Below, in pieces: positions 62,957-64,000 of a stretch of DNA of 64,000 bases. This DNA comes from Marsupella aquatica (taxonomy: Eukaryota > Plantae > Marchantiophyta). Made by a program: the position numbers and the translations under genes. Positions within the stretch are counted from its first letter, which is position 1, and each line of letters opens with the position of its first letter. The stretch covers positions 20,590,451 through 20,654,450 of the forward strand of contig OZ316894.1 of the NCBI GenBank assembly GCA_973895155.1. Direction: 5' to 3'. The notes beneath the pieces were generated by a model. It was given only the letters and a program-made list of their open reading frames with translations. It was not told the origin of the DNA and made no database searches.

Positions 62957-64000
62957 CAATTAACTTCATCATCGGAAGTGGGCCCAGCAGCAGACGAACC
63001 TCCTAATACTGAGGCTAATAGGGATTTACACCATGATATGGGAATGTCAGCTACCCTTGAGCCATTTGCACCAGAAGTATCCAAACTTGGACTTCAGCCG
63101 GCAAACCTCACGGATGGAATTGTGGATCCAAAAGCTTGTCAGAAAATCGAAATTGAGCCAGGCAAGTTTTTGAATATTGGTAAGCATATCGAAGGAGAGC
63201 TACGGGAACAGTATATCAGTTTATTAACCCAGTATAAAGATGTCTTTGCCTGGAGTCATTCTGATTTAAAAGGTATCCATCCACATTTGGGCGAACATCG
63301 TATTGACCTTATGGAAGGAGCAGTACCTGTCCGACAGAGACAGTACCGTTTGAATCCCAAATATTCCATCCTGGTTAAAGACGAGTTGGACAAGCTCACG
63401 ACTGCTGGATTTATCTACCCGGTCTTGAGTAGTGAATGGGTCTCACCAATTGTCATTGTCCCCAAAAAGCCGGGACCCGATGGTAAAACGAAAATTCGCG
63501 TTTGTCAAGACTTCCGGAAGTTGAATGCTGCCACTCGGAAAGATCATTATCCTTTGCCATTTATTGATCTGGTACTTGATTCAGTGGCCTTGCATGAGTT
63601 ATACAGTTTTTTAGATGGGTACTCTGGTTATAACCAGGTGTCCATTCGGAAGGAGGATCGCGACAAGACTACGTTCACCACCGACTGGGGTACATATGCA
63701 TTTACCATGATGCCTTTTGGGCTGTGTAATGCCCCGGGTACTTTTCAGCGCATTATGATGATTATTTTTCAAGAATATTTGCGGCATTTCATGGAGATTT
63801 TTATTGACGACTTTTGTGTTTACGGGTCAGCGGCTGAACACCTCGTCCATTTGGAGAAGACATTTCAGAAGTGTAGAGAGGCTCAGTTGTGTCTTCATCC
63901 AGAAAAGTGCTTTATTGGTATGAAGGAGGGAATTTTGTTAGGCCATGTTATTTCACAACGCGGCATTGAGGTTGATACAGAGAAGGTTAGAGTAATTATG
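62957..64000 (+). CDS. pol: Gypsy reverse transcriptase (partial), in frame with Gag-PR after a UGA
   Basis: Hand translation is open: YKDVFAWS, EWVSPIVIVPKK, DFRKLN, DHYPLP, LDGYSGYNQ, MPFGLCNAPGTFQR, FIDDF. Absent from the ORF track, presumably because it has no stop in the window. Confidence 0.93.

Larger units (their letters stand above)
57334..64000 (+). mobile_element. Ty3/gypsy LTR retrotransposon, Athila/Tat (OTA)-like; 5' part only
   Basis: LTR, tRNA-Asp PBS, Gag-PR ORF and RT running off the window end. Confidence 0.92.

Overview
Repeat-rich eukaryotic DNA, almost certainly a land plant: it has TTTAGGG tracts, plant tRNA-iMet and tRNA-Asp primer-binding sites and GT-AG introns. The TE families suggest a non-seed plant such as a bryophyte or lycophyte (inference). 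The window is a nest of transposons. (1) A pseudogenised Sola1/DUF7869-like DDE transposase (~9030-19300) is split by a full-length Ty1/copia element (12075-18566, TSD AGAAA). (2) A second, younger copy of that copia lies on the - strand (35749-42242, TSD TTGAA), plus a related solo LTR (26251-26594, TSD AAATA). (3) There are two MITE-like elements and a tRNA-derived SINE head. (4) There is a retroelement-type 686-aa ORF, a degenerate multi-exon SAM-like gene and a degenerate CACTA/EnSpm transposase. (5) The 5' half of an Athila/Tat-like Ty3/gypsy runs from ~57334 to the window end. The only clearly host-like gene encodes a secreted Glu/Lys-repeat protein (22905-23429). Most notable: both LTR retrotransposon families separate their structural ORF from the enzymatic ORF with a single in-frame UGA. 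In the copia the UGA is shared by both copies and followed by tandem hairpins; in the gypsy it sits in the TMV-type UGA-CAA-UUA context. This points to programmed stop-codon readthrough. All calls are by eye; no database searches were run.
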